Source: Phoronis australis (Eukaryota; Animalia; Phoronida). Taken from it: a DNA stretch of 64,000 nt. Below are positions 1 to 13,300 of this stretch, in pieces. Location of the stretch: contig NMRA01000014.1 of NCBI GenBank assembly GCA_002633005.1, positions 1,212,838 to 1,276,837 on the forward strand. Direction: 5' to 3'. Under the pieces are notes generated by a model. It had not been told where the DNA came from and did not search any database. It saw only the letters and a program-made list of their open reading frames with translations. Position 1 is the stretch's first letter. Each line of letters starts with the position of its first letter. The translations under genes and the position numbers were made by a program.

Positions 1-1369
1 CATTGACAGCACACTAGAGTATGCGCAGTCAACACCTAATTATTAATAGATTCTTTTGGGTTTAATGTCACTATCTCTGTTCATCACAGGCTTGCGGTAC
101 CTGACCAAAATATTGTTTATCTGAATCTGATCTTCTGAGGATGTCTCAACAAGGCCATCACAGATTACACAGTGATAAAACTCTCCTTTGTCCCAGAGAA
201 AAGCGTGTTGTTTTCATTGGCCTCATTTTGGAATGTCACACACATTTTCATAAGTCATGTCGAAAACCTTCGAGGCATACGGCCGTGGAAATATTCCCAA
301 TTTCAACCCTTTAAAAGTACAATTCAAAAACGTATTTTCAAGAAAGGGGATTCTGTTCAGTTCAAAATTAACCCAAGCCAACGAACTTGCTTCATCCACT
401 TGTTGCGCATTTGCTTGTCTTTGATTTATGTCAAGAATGCAAAGAACTTCAAATCACTTCTCCACGAATATTTTATCAAGTTTATCAAACTATCTCCCGT
501 CAGAGTTACAGCCCAGAGCACAGCAGTAATACTTTGTTGGCATTCGAAGGACAAACAGAGTAGTACTGCCAAGAATTAAAAATGAAGCAACAATAAAGAA
601 CATGTGGAACTCCAGCGACGCTATGAAAAAGCTTGATGGACATCTCAGCATTGTGGGTAAATACAGCAAGATTCGAATGCAGCTGAAAAATCTGGGGCCC
701 TGTTATGGCTGTCAATAATATTGGCATAGCATCATTAACTGAATGTCATATTTGTGATTCCTAGAATGTCTTGACTGTCACTGTTGACAGAGATGTAATT
801 GTGAGCATGCTCTTAAGAAGCAAACTACAGGTTAGATGTAACTGTGTTCGACATAACAGACATTTCAGGAACCTTCAGCAAGGTTCTGGACTAATATTCA
901 TTAATTTACATGGTGTGATCAAAAAGATGGCGGGTTGAACGGGATAAACTACTAGCAATATATTCCACGGCTCACTGAAAAAGTTGATATTTATACAATT
1001 ACAACCCTCGTCCCCCTAAACTATAAAATGGCCAAGTGTTCATACCACAGTCACCAAGACATCTTGATGCACTTGAGCACTGTGGATGGCACATTCAGTG
1101 TAACAATGTCAATCACCAATTGGATGTCTACATTACTTTGTCATTCTCAAAAGCTGCTTGACACAAAGCTTAGCTTAGTCAAAAAATCATTCAACTTCAA
1201 CAAAGTTGGTCTTTCATCTCCTGATATTCTATTTCAATGTTTTGCCATTAATAACTCTTGCTAGTTAGTTATGACTCATTGATTTTTTCTGAAGAGAATG
1301 CATCAAGTGAAAGTAGGCGCTATTTTATCAAACCAGAAGTATTGTTATCTCCACTGTAGCGCCACCTAC

Positions 1370-4300
1370 CAGCGAATAAGAAGGTGGTCAGATTGATATT
1401 CCACACCCACTTCTCACCCCCCATCTTCTTGTACATGTTGGCTGACACATAGCCTGACACCCCTGAAACAAGAATGGACTCAGTTGTACAATATGTTTGA
1501 CACATAGTCTAAGGCACCTGAAACAAGAAGGAGTTCAACTAAGTTGTGGTACACATCAGTCTCACAACAGTGACACATAAGGAATCTGTTCGAGTTGTCA
1601 CAAACTTGACTAGAACACATATTTATATTGCTGTAAGGAATAATCGAAGAATACTTTCATTTAACAGTCTGTCAGCCAATGGGAAGGTGTTCTAGATGAA
1701 TAGAATGCAGGTGGTGGTAAATAGTGAGAAGATAAAGTGACAGTAACCAGTGAGAAGATAAGTTGACGGAAAGTCGTGAGAAGATAAAAAAGTGATGGTT
1801 ACTAGTGAGAAAATAAGATGATGGTAAGTAGTGAGAAGACACTTACATGAAGTGAAGGCAAACAGCACAATACCCGCCGTGTTGATAGCACCGTGTCTGT
1901 GAACATTGAACAGACCCATAACGGCCATGAACAGGATTCCAAATGCAAGGGCAAGGAACTGGGTACCAACACCTACAACAAAATAAAGGTTTCTGAGCAG
2001 AGCTTGTGAAGACTAAACATGATCTGATCAGGTGGAGAAAGGATTCAAGATCCTAGTCGCACAGTTCATCATATTAAAATCATTCCATATCTATTTAATA
2101 AATTGCCAATAAAACATCACCATTGGTTTAAAAGTAATTGTTACGATACAGAAATACGTAAGAAATGGCAGACGATCCAGTTGATCAAAATAACTAAGAA
2201 TCTCATCGAAAAAACCATAACGTTTATCAAATAATCCCGAGGATCACTAAACTTCAAAGACTTGGTTAAAATGTTTACTTTTATGAAATTAGAGCTATTG
2301 GCTGTAATCATACAGGCAGTGTGGACTCACCCAAGACAGCACAGAATAGACTCTTCTGTTGCGGGAACCTGAACACATCCGTATGAATAATCTTCCAACC
2401 AAAGTCGTCCTGCTCAAGATCCTCAGACTCTTCGTCGTCATCATTGTAACGCGCAAAGTCATTCTTCAAGATCCTCGTCTGCACGACACCAACAAGAATT
2501 ACTCACACATCTGCAGTTGGCAGTCAGATTACTTTTAAGTTGGATAAGAATGATAATACAACTACTGCTACTACTACTATTACTGTTAGAGATTACAATA
2601 ACACAGTTGGATTATGACAATAACATCACAGTTGTTTATAAAAACAACGGAGTATTCTCCCCAGTAACTGACTGTGTCTGTGTATCATTACTCGTTGCTG
2701 GGCCTAGTAAGGTGGCCACTGTGTTTTTGCTTCAGAAGATGGTGTTTTAATAAACACAGTAACAGGTCAAGCCGAAATCCATCGTTGTTTTTGTCAACAT
2801 ATGGTGCAACTTGCTATCACGGAAATAATATAGTTGGATAGCAATAACATTTTGGATAATGGATAATAATAATAATACAGTAGGAACATAATCATATTCT
2901 TGGCTTACAACACTATTGAATTGTGCTAGGTCACTAAACAAAGATTAAAACCTAAGCACAGAATGACAGATTACAGCAAACACAACAAAATCTCTTACAC
3001 TCCAGGAGTGACCAGTAGCTTACTGAGACAACTAACTGATTGAAACCCAATTTCCAATTCCACGAATTATGTGTGTCAACGCTGATACATTCTGTGTCGA
3101 GGGAAAGCAACATTAAGCGTGACTGAATATTCACAGTGACCACCTCACACTAATGAGCAAGGTCTCAATGCAATGTTAAGTTGACTCCATCCAATTTACA
3201 GTTCAGCATATAGGTCTTTCATTGAAGTACTTTTGAAAACTGCACTGTTCTGTGAATATAAACAAGAGCAACGCGGAGCGTTGAAATGCGCCCACAATTG
3301 CACCGCATACGGTATCCTTCTAGGGTTGTTTATTGGTACCATAAAGTCGCCAGTAGAGGGCATACTTTGCAAAATGGAAAGGCATGGTCATTGTCTCCTC
3401 AATAGGCTAGGGGCAAAATGTGAGTAATCTTCATAATACAAGCACATCCTATACACCAGTTGCTTAAAGCACCACAGAAACATAGAATTAAAAACAAATT
3501 TACCAACATACGAGATTAGCACAGCATTAGAATGCCAGAAACAAATTTCTACTTGGAACTTTTCCTTCANNNNNNNNNNNNNNNNNNNNNNNNNNNNNNN
3601 NNNNNNNNNNNNNNNNNNNNNNNNNNNNNNNNNNNNNNNNNNNNNNNNNNNNNNNNNNNNNNNNNNNNNNNNNNNNNNNNNNNNNNNNNNNNNNNNNNNN
3701 NNNNNNNNNNNGAAAACAGTAAAAATGGCCACTAGGTGGCGCAAACTATGTCGAATCCATCCGAAAACGGCAGGATAGCGTCATCTCACTACTAGGTGCC
3801 TACATACCAAATTTCATGAAAATCCGTTCAGGACTTTTGAAGATACAAAGGTAAGCGTAAAAAACTAAAATTGCCACTAGGGGGCACACCGGTAGTCGGA
3901 TCCGTCCGAAAGTTCGCACATGCCGTCCCATTCATGAATGGAACATATGTGCCAAATTTCATGAACGTATGTCAAAGGGTTTTGGAGATAGAGCAGCGGA
4001 CGCCGGACGCCAGACGCCGGACGCCGCCCGGACGGACGGACGGACAGAGATGACGGCATAATGCACCCACATATAAATATGTGGGCGCATAAAAATGAAG
4101 TAATCCTATGAAGTAAATATTGACAAGCAAGATATTCGTTTGGTCTCAATTATGCTAAGATGATACAACGCTGATTTGTCTCCCATGATCAATGCAGAAT
4201 ATTTTGACACTATACCCAGTATACAAAGTCGACTTAAAATAAGTAGCCTGGCCGTGTGAATAACATTTCATGATCCTGGCAACTCAGCCATCTTGGCAGA

Positions 4301-7300
4301 CTATGACTGGCCTAATAATAATCAGCAGGATCGACTACTTGAAGTTTACCACATAAGAACTGCATGACAAATGTCTTGGACATTGTCATTGTCATTCATG
4401 CATTAATAAATTTAATGAAAAATAATTATGATTATTGAATATAGACAACCAGTGGAAGAGAGGCATAACTACTCACAAGTATGATAGCCACAAAGCCGAC
4501 CAATAGCAATACCAGAACCATTGAGTTGAATATAGACAGCCAATGAATCTGCAAGATGCAAGATAAATAATTTAAATATTAATATGACAATCTAGAATAA
4601 ACATACAGTATAGTCTGATATAACATGCCTACATTTTGAGAACCAGTTTTCTCCACTGAATAACAGGCATCAACTGATTCTCAAAATGCGGGCACGTTAT
4701 ATCATACTATTGTCAATATACTGAGTGCATTAGTGCACTCTTAATTTTGCACAATTTACAACCGCGAAATTCTTTAAAACATAGGGCCTGTACAAAATGA
4801 ACAGAACATTTTAAGGCTGTACCAGCTGATGTAAAAAGCAGGGTTCACGCCACACTTCCAAACACTGGGGTGCAGTAGACCCAACTTCAAAAATTTTTTT
4901 AGCTCCATTTCAAGTGCTTAGGGCCCATCAAAACTGTCTGAAAATCAGACCACTAGCACAAAATGACGTGCAATGAATAATGAAAATGAGACAAACTTGC
5001 TGAATCAGATGTTTTCATCAATAGAGAATACGGGATAGATAGCTTTATTTCGTAAAACAAAATTGCGTCCAAGGTTACAGACCCATCAAATCATTGCACC
5101 ATCTTCAGTTTGATTACATCAAATGACAGAAAAGCACACCACTGCAAAGGTTTGAATCAACAAAATGGAATAGAACAAACTTAAAGATAATAACACTGCA
5201 TTTCTGTAACAGTATCTACATAATACCTGTCATGATAACTACAAATAACATGTTTACCTCTAGCACTCGTGGGAAGAAGTTCTTGTCAAGCTTCGTGCCA
5301 CGGTCTTTGAAGCTGAGTCTGTAAGTAAGGTTCAAACAAGGTAACTGAATAGTACAGAACATTAGAATATGGTTGACCAATAATATGAATGGGTTTCATA
5401 TTTTTAGCATTCTTTTTAACACGTAATAAAAGTGGAAGAAATCCACAATAAAAATACTTCTCAACATAATTTGAGAAAAGTTTGTAGTTTGAAGTTTTGA
5501 TGAATCCTATCATCAGTTTCAAAATGAGCGAAACAAATGCAGAGAGTTCTACCAGTATCTGTGACTCTACAAGGTTTTTTGTCAATGGCACAGCCAAGAA
5601 CAAACCTAGCTGAATCTACTTTCAAGATCACTGAATGAGAACCATAATAAAATGAGAGGTCTCTGTATTGAAACTATACGACTTTATGTATTATAGCACA
5701 ACTGCAAAATATTGCGAGAACATTCCCATGACCTATTCAAGTTTCCTTGCAATTCTTTGTTTTTGTTTTGAAAATTCAGATAAAGTAACTGATTGTTCTA
5801 GCCAAAACACAGGTAGGCAGTGACCAAGTGTTCTAGCCAAAACACAGGTAGGCAGTGACCGAGTATTCTAGCCAAAACACAGGTAGGCAGTGACCGAGTG
5901 TTCTAGCCAAATAATAGGCAGCCAAAGTGACCGAGCATTCCAGCCAAAACATAGGTAGAAAAAGTGACTGAGTTTTCCAGTCAAAGCATAGGTAGACAAA
6001 GAAACTAAGTGTTCTATCCAAACCATAGGTAGACAGTGACCGAGTGTTCTAGTCAAAATATAGGAAGCCAAAGTGACCGAGTGTTCCAGCCAGTACATAG
6101 GTAGATAAAGAAACTGAGTGTTCTAGCCAAAACATCCTTAATTAGGTATTCACTGCCAAACAACTTTGAACACTTGGAGACCAATAAAACAAAACCTCTA
6201 ATACGTTACGGCCAACTAAGCGTGAGGCAAGGGCACTTACTTAGACTCATGCCACTGAACAGTGTAGGTGTGCCTCACTTCCAGGTCACCATCCACTTTA
6301 GAGTCCAGACTGACCGGTGCTGCATCATGAGTGGACACATTAGCCGAGATGATCTATAAGAACAAATGAACAATTGCAATGGCACAACCTACACACAGAA
6401 GCCAGAACTACAGCAAACAGCTGATTAAAAATTCACATTTTAATCACTTTTCTTATTTCAATGACTTAAGTACGGCAATTCTCCACTGATTTAGCACACC
6501 CACCTCACTTAACACATGCAACATTATTTTGAAAAATAAGATATATTCCTACATTTATTTCCAGAGATTACTTGCCTCACCCCACTTGCATGCAGTCAGT
6601 GTTGCACTTCATACATGCAGTCAGTGTTGCACGTCATAAAATATCAACGCAAAGCTTGTTCATTAAAGCAAGCAATACACACTTCTTTAGCTGCGTTACT
6701 AAGGTCTGAGCAATGCATATTTACCACTTAATGCATCCAGTTGAATATGGGATATCTCATGTTTTCGTAAATATGAGCTGAAAGGTGCGACCTGGATGAG
6801 TGTGGAGTCACGCAGAAAAAAAAGTGTTTCACCAATGATGGGGCAAAGTCCTCTTGTATTATAACTTAATTACTGTCAATTGGAAAACTTTGGCAATCCA
6901 CAGGCCACATTTTGTTAAAATTCCCACAAAGCCAGTTGGTGATGCTCGGCTAGTCAGTTAATTTGGCACACCTGTCAAGTATGAAGTCTACATATTCAGT
7001 TAACTTCACACATAAAAAAGAATGCAGGTGGTTTGATATCATTTGCAGTGCATCAGACGTGTGCAGGCTTCATGGTTGGGCCCATTGCACTAAACACCTG
7101 AGCTAAAAACACAAGACCTCATAATAGATCAATAGAATCTTTGTGAAGAAAGTTTTCAAGTCTGCCCGTCTCCTTTAAGAAAACGGTCAAACAATTCCAT
7201 TTGTTGCCATACACTATATGTTGAAGGCGTGCAACAGTGCCAACCAGTAGGTTGCCCCTTAGCCTATAAAAAGTTGGGCAAGACTCTACCAGGTGTAACT

Positions 7301-10300
7301 TTGCACATCCTATCAAGAACATAAATTTAATTTATTATGTGTCAAATAAATGGAGAACTACCATATATATTTTAAAGCTCTGCTACAAAGCAATACTTAG
7401 GCTACACTGCAAACTCGAGTGGGCAGACCACAATATACCTAACATAGCTCCCACCTCCAAATCCTAAAATCCTTTGACTGAAGCCTCTCAGCAATATGTC
7501 CAGTGCTCAGACACAACCACCAGACAAATTACACAGTATGACCAGACAAATGATTACGCAGTAGGACAAGCCACTAGGTGTAATCATTCAACACAGTGTT
7601 GTAAGCCTGGCCATAAGATTCAGAAGTAGTGACCACGGAATATAATGTTACCATTCCTGCAGCTGAGTGACCATCAAAACTAAAGCCACACAGGCAGGAA
7701 TAAAGGAAGTGCATAAACACGTTAAATACTACTAATTCTTGAATCATACAGAAAATGAGATTGATTCTTCTGATTCTAAGTCCGCTTTCAAAATTTTCAA
7801 AACAGGTGCAACACTGCCACCAGGAATACAGGGTAGTCCCTGCTAAATGTAGGCTTTCTTCTCTCGTGTATTCCTTGACATTACTTTTGAGTGGCAAGCT
7901 TTCTACTCTCACATACTGCTTGGCATTACTTGTGAGTGCAGATGAAATACAAATGACCACAGGAACATTGCATTTGCCTCCTGCATTAACAAAGTTTGGC
8001 CTATAAGCCTTTATAACTAATGTGCTAAGTGCATATGAATCCAGCTTGGTTACTGGTAATCAATATCAAGTAATACTATTAAGGTTACAATGCCAATGCA
8101 GAATGAGTTAGTCTTCCAAGTCCATTTATTTTGTATTCATTTTTTCACAGTCAACAAGAACATCAAAACCATACAGTGAATTATCTCTAAGTGTTTTCTC
8201 GAGTCTTCGATGTTCTCATTGATAACTGGAATAGAATCCTAACATGGCAAAGAATAAGATGAGATCAATTTTCAGGGCTTGGAATGACCCATGATGAAAA
8301 AGAGGAAAAATTTATAGCTGATGTATCGTTCTAAAAATAAATAGGCTTACATGATAGAAATATTTTTTGTGTTGTAAAAATTAACCGCAGGAAACGTTTT
8401 TGCACCAATAAAGTCAAAAAAGTGACAAAAAAGAGATGAAGAACGAGGATAACGGAAATCATATAAGAGGAAATCTAAACCAAAAAAGAGGAAATCTTCT
8501 GAAAAGAGGAATTCAAAATTTCAAGCCCTGAACTTTGCAAGAGTTAGAGGCCCAATATGAATTTTGTTTTTAGCCAACTAAACGGGGCAAAACGCAGCTT
8601 TAAATGCATGAGACCTCAGGTGATACAGCTGGGTAGTTACTTACATGTTCTCCATTATAATCAATATTGAAATGCAGGTGAGTCCACAGGTATATCTTGT
8701 GACTGTGAGGAAGAAAGCCGCTCTCTTCCAAGTGACCTATGAACCCACGTACTGGAATGTCATCTGAAAGTAACGACACTCCATTTACACAATGCACTGT
8801 AGACCAGCACAAGGGTCAACACAAGCTGAATGTCAGGTCAAAGGTCACACTCACGCACGCGCACTTCATGGTGTATTTTGCAGCATTCTTCAAAACTAAT
8901 ACATATTACGCATTTACTATTTCAAGGAAAAACAAGATTTGTGAACATTTTGGTAAAGTTTAAACTTAAAACTGAAAGAAATTTCAGTGTCTGATGCTAA
9001 GGAAACACCTAAGTTGAAGTTGACAAAAATATTAGTTCAGCAAGCATCCAATAGGAGTCTCATTTCAATGCGCCGTTTGATATTCAACTTTAAAGGGAAT
9101 AAAGCAAGTTGAAATTGGCTGTTCAGAAAAACTTTGCACAAGTTGGATTTTTAAAATGTCAAAAGATGGTAATAAAGTTCAGGTATTGTAGCTTTGTCGT
9201 CTCCCAAATGAAAATCAAGATCTCAAGAAAAGTTAAAAAATATCATTGAAAACACCAATGACTGAGGGAATTTCATGCTTGCAGCCATGAGAACTCAGCT
9301 CATTGCAGAGGTCAACATGAACTTATAATTACTCAATAGCATAAAATCTTGGGTGATGTCACAAAATATCTGAAGCTATGATTGACCAGCAATAAGAATA
9401 AAAATTTGGTCCCGAATCTGTATTTGATTGCACACCACCTTTGTGACATTTCGAGCAGAAATTGTAAAAAAGTCATATTTCTGAGCCTAAATGTGCGAGA
9501 AAAGTTCAAATTGTCAACAATTTTCTTAGAAAGCAAAATCTTGGTTGAAACTTGAAGTCATGTTTGGTTAGCTCATCAACTGAAATTTGAAGTTGCGTTT
9601 AGTCAGTGATGTTCCAACTGAAGTTACAACCCGAAGTCACATTTTGCAACCTGGTACTTGCTCAAGACATACAGACCCTGCACTTTAAGCACTTATAAAT
9701 CAAGATCTGCCGTCAAAACAATCTTCTACATTGTTTATTTGTTTCTCCAAAGCAACCTCATTATGTTCTTATCGTTTGTGTGAATTGAAAAACATTAAAA
9801 CAAAACAGTCAGAAATCCGCCAACGGTCACACTGCCTCAGCAGTTAAATCTAAGCAGGCATAACATGCAACTCAATGAGACTGGTGTGGACAATAAGTTG
9901 TCTCTTCTGCTCCAGCCAAAAACCATTTCTAAACGGCCAAGTTCAAAGTCAGAATAAAATACACACAAGCATTTGTTACAGGGTCACCAAATTGTACCCC
10001 ACCTTCTTATGATATTCGTGTTTTAAGGTTATAGATTCATTTGATGACTTTTGGTGTAAAAATAAGCCAGGTGAAAGCTTCTTTTATGAGATATTGTACC
10101 AACATTATCAAAACAGAATTCTTGAATTTCTCACCATGACCTTGAAAATGAGGTCAAGGCCACCAAACGCAACTGGGGTCTGGAGACGCCCAATTATACC
10201 TTGCTTAAAAATAAAGCTCTCTTCAGAAAATATCACGCCAACATTTTCCAATTAGAGTTCATAAATTTCACATTATGACCTTGACAACAAGGTCAAGGTC

Positions 10301-13300
10301 ACTGAAATCGATAGGCGCCAGTAGATGCACCACTTATACTTTGCAGCAAAATATGAAGAACTATAAAGCTTCTTTTCTTTTTTGAGATTTTACATCAACA
10401 TTTCCCAGTAGAATTATAAAATTTCTCATTATGACCTTAAAAATTTTGTCAATGTCACCAAAATCAACTGATGCCTGGAAATGTCTCATCTACACATACG
10501 TATAAAATATGAACATGATCTAAAACTCCCTTCTTGAGATATCCTGCTAACACCATTTTCCAAAGTAAAGACTCGACTTTCTTACTGTGACCTTGAATAT
10601 GTCAAGGTTACCCAAATCAACTGGGGCCTGGAGTTACCCTATCTACACCACGGCACAAAATGTGAACATAACTTAAAGCTCCCTTAATAAGACATCACAC
10701 CAACAAGGTTTTCCCCATATATTGGAACTGTGTCTTCTTTAGAACTCAGTCAACCGTTGTTGACTTGACCACGTATTTGAAATGTGTCTTCTTTAAAGCT
10801 CAGTCAACCGTTGCCAACTTACCCACAACAAACTCAAAGTAGTAGAGATCTTCTATAGCGTCCCTCAAGGCAGACACTTTTTCTTGATTCAGTTTCAGCT
10901 TACACAGCTCTTTGTTCTCAATGTTTTCTAGGAACAACGTGTCAAAATTTATGTCAGTGTAAGCAACAATGAGTTGTCAACACACAAACACTCTTGCACA
11001 AACTTTACGGTGGTGGTATTCCCATGAGAAAACTGCCTGAAGTAACACTCCCAGTATTTTTTCGGGAAATTTTTACTAGGGATTTTTTTGCACTGGGACA
11101 CATATTTGCTAGGATTCAAATTTCGCAGGATCAATACCGGGGAAAGTCATTCACAGGTTCATGGTTTGTCAACTCACAAGACAGACTGCTCTTAACCAGT
11201 GACACTATTGCAACTTATATTCAAGCAGTAATTTATTCAATTAGTCAGCAGATCTTATCACTGTCATCAGAGCGTTTTCAAGGCCTGCCAACAGGGGCTA
11301 TGGAATTTACTAGTATTTTAGACTCCATGGGAACACAACAGATTAGTGGAAATTAGTCCATTTAAAGGATTCCTGCAACATTTCTATGATTATTAAATAC
11401 ACGGGAATGCTACGAGTGCACATTATAAGACATTATCTCAACAACTGTTAAGATATAAATAATATAATTACAATATTGTGGTACAACAGGACCACAAAAC
11501 CTACATAAATGATGAAACTGATTAATGGTACAAACCTGGACTGCTCTCTATATGTTACTCACTCTAGTGCACAATAAAACATTCATGGTGTGGGAACATG
11601 TACTGTGCCTGTTAATTCGTCAGGAGCATACAACTGACATCACGACTAAAGACTGCAAAAAATTCCTTAATAGACCTTACTCACACAGACGTCATTTTAA
11701 AAATGGGCCTCTTTTTAGGTTAAAAAACGATGCATTTGAGACATAAATATAACGAAGCACGCGGAAAAATCACATTCTGCACTGTGATTAAGCAAGGAAC
11801 GGATTGTTTTTAAAACCTAACAGGAGGCTCTTTGTAATATGGCGACTGCGTGAATAAGGTGTATAAAGCATGATTTTGCCTACTTTTTACACTTGAGATT
11901 TCAAGGATCATAAGTTCAAATAATTATGAAATTTAGTGCCATCTTTTCCTACTTCTGTTTGTTTGCGATAGAGTATCAGTTTGTAACTCCATAGATTATG
12001 CGCACGCCAAGTACTGCTGGTGTTAGCAATTTCTGGCTAACACTATGAAGCCTTCTATTACTGTATAAACTCATCAGAATATCTGTACTTTATAATATAC
12101 TCATAAAGTTGACTCATGAATAATTCCAACACAGCTTTTAGTCATTTCCTGGTCATCACGAGTGTGCACTGCTCCTGATGAGTGAGTATCGCTCATGACC
12201 TATTCAAACTCACAACACAGGTCCCGACTCCCTAAACCATGCAACATGCATAGTTTGAATGTTATTCTTACTTTTAAAGTTGATTTCGTACATAGACTTG
12301 GCCATGCGGTCACCATCCAACACTTCACCTAAGGTTAAACCTTTGTGTTCAATCTGTAAAGTGGTGACAAAGACTGTGTTAGACGATATAAAAAAATAAA
12401 AGAGATGGATAAGGAACTAAAACGTCTGTTGCAAATGTATAGATAAACATAGTCCTTGGCCATAATGAGCCACTGATCAAGAATAAGGTCAAGTCAAAAC
12501 CTGCAATATTAAAATTAATTTACAGGGAACAATACGGTAGCTAAGAATGAAGAGCAATTTGTACAATGTGTCATTGTGTGCAATATAATGACAATATTGT
12601 GTGCAGTACTGTGTGCACTGTGTGCAGTATTGTGTGTAAAATATTAGCTGAGGTAAAATGCCAATGGAAAGAAAAAACAACTTGGATTAAAGGAAATCAA
12701 ATCATGCGTATCAACATTTAATTGTTTTAAAAAGACTGTGCATTGCATTAAATTATTTAACATTTTTATACATCAACCCAGACCACCGTTGGGGCTGAAA
12801 CAGACCACAACTTTGGTTTCATTTTTAGCTTGCAGTTTTTTTTCATTCATTTTTTCATAGGTAAGTAAGACACATACCATAACGTGTCGCAAAAATGATT
12901 GTATTATCAATCACAACACACACACACACACACACGTAATAGAATGAGATGCATCATTTTATAAAACAATTTGCAAACAATCATTGTGCTTGAAACACAG
13001 ATTCAAATGACACTTCCTGGTGACATCAAAGCAAAATCAATGATTCTAATAGCGCACTTTCATATTCGCACCCTCTAGAGTAATGAGCAGGGTTTGGAAT
13101 GACCAATGACAGAAAAAGAGGAAAATTTTCCACGTGACGTATCATCCAACAAATAGGATTGTGTGATAGAAATATTTTTTGTATTGTAAAATTTAACTGA
13201 AATGAACGTTTTTACATGAAAAAAATCAAAATAATGATGAAAAATAGACAAAAAAGAGGAACCTGAAAATCAACTATGAGGAAATTGAAACCAAAAAGGA

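Noticed and set aside
12174-12200. Hammerhead-ribozyme-like CTGATGAGTGAGTATCGCTCA
   Set aside because: The CUGAUGA and stem II are present, but the required GAAA is replaced by GACC and no stems I/III were found.
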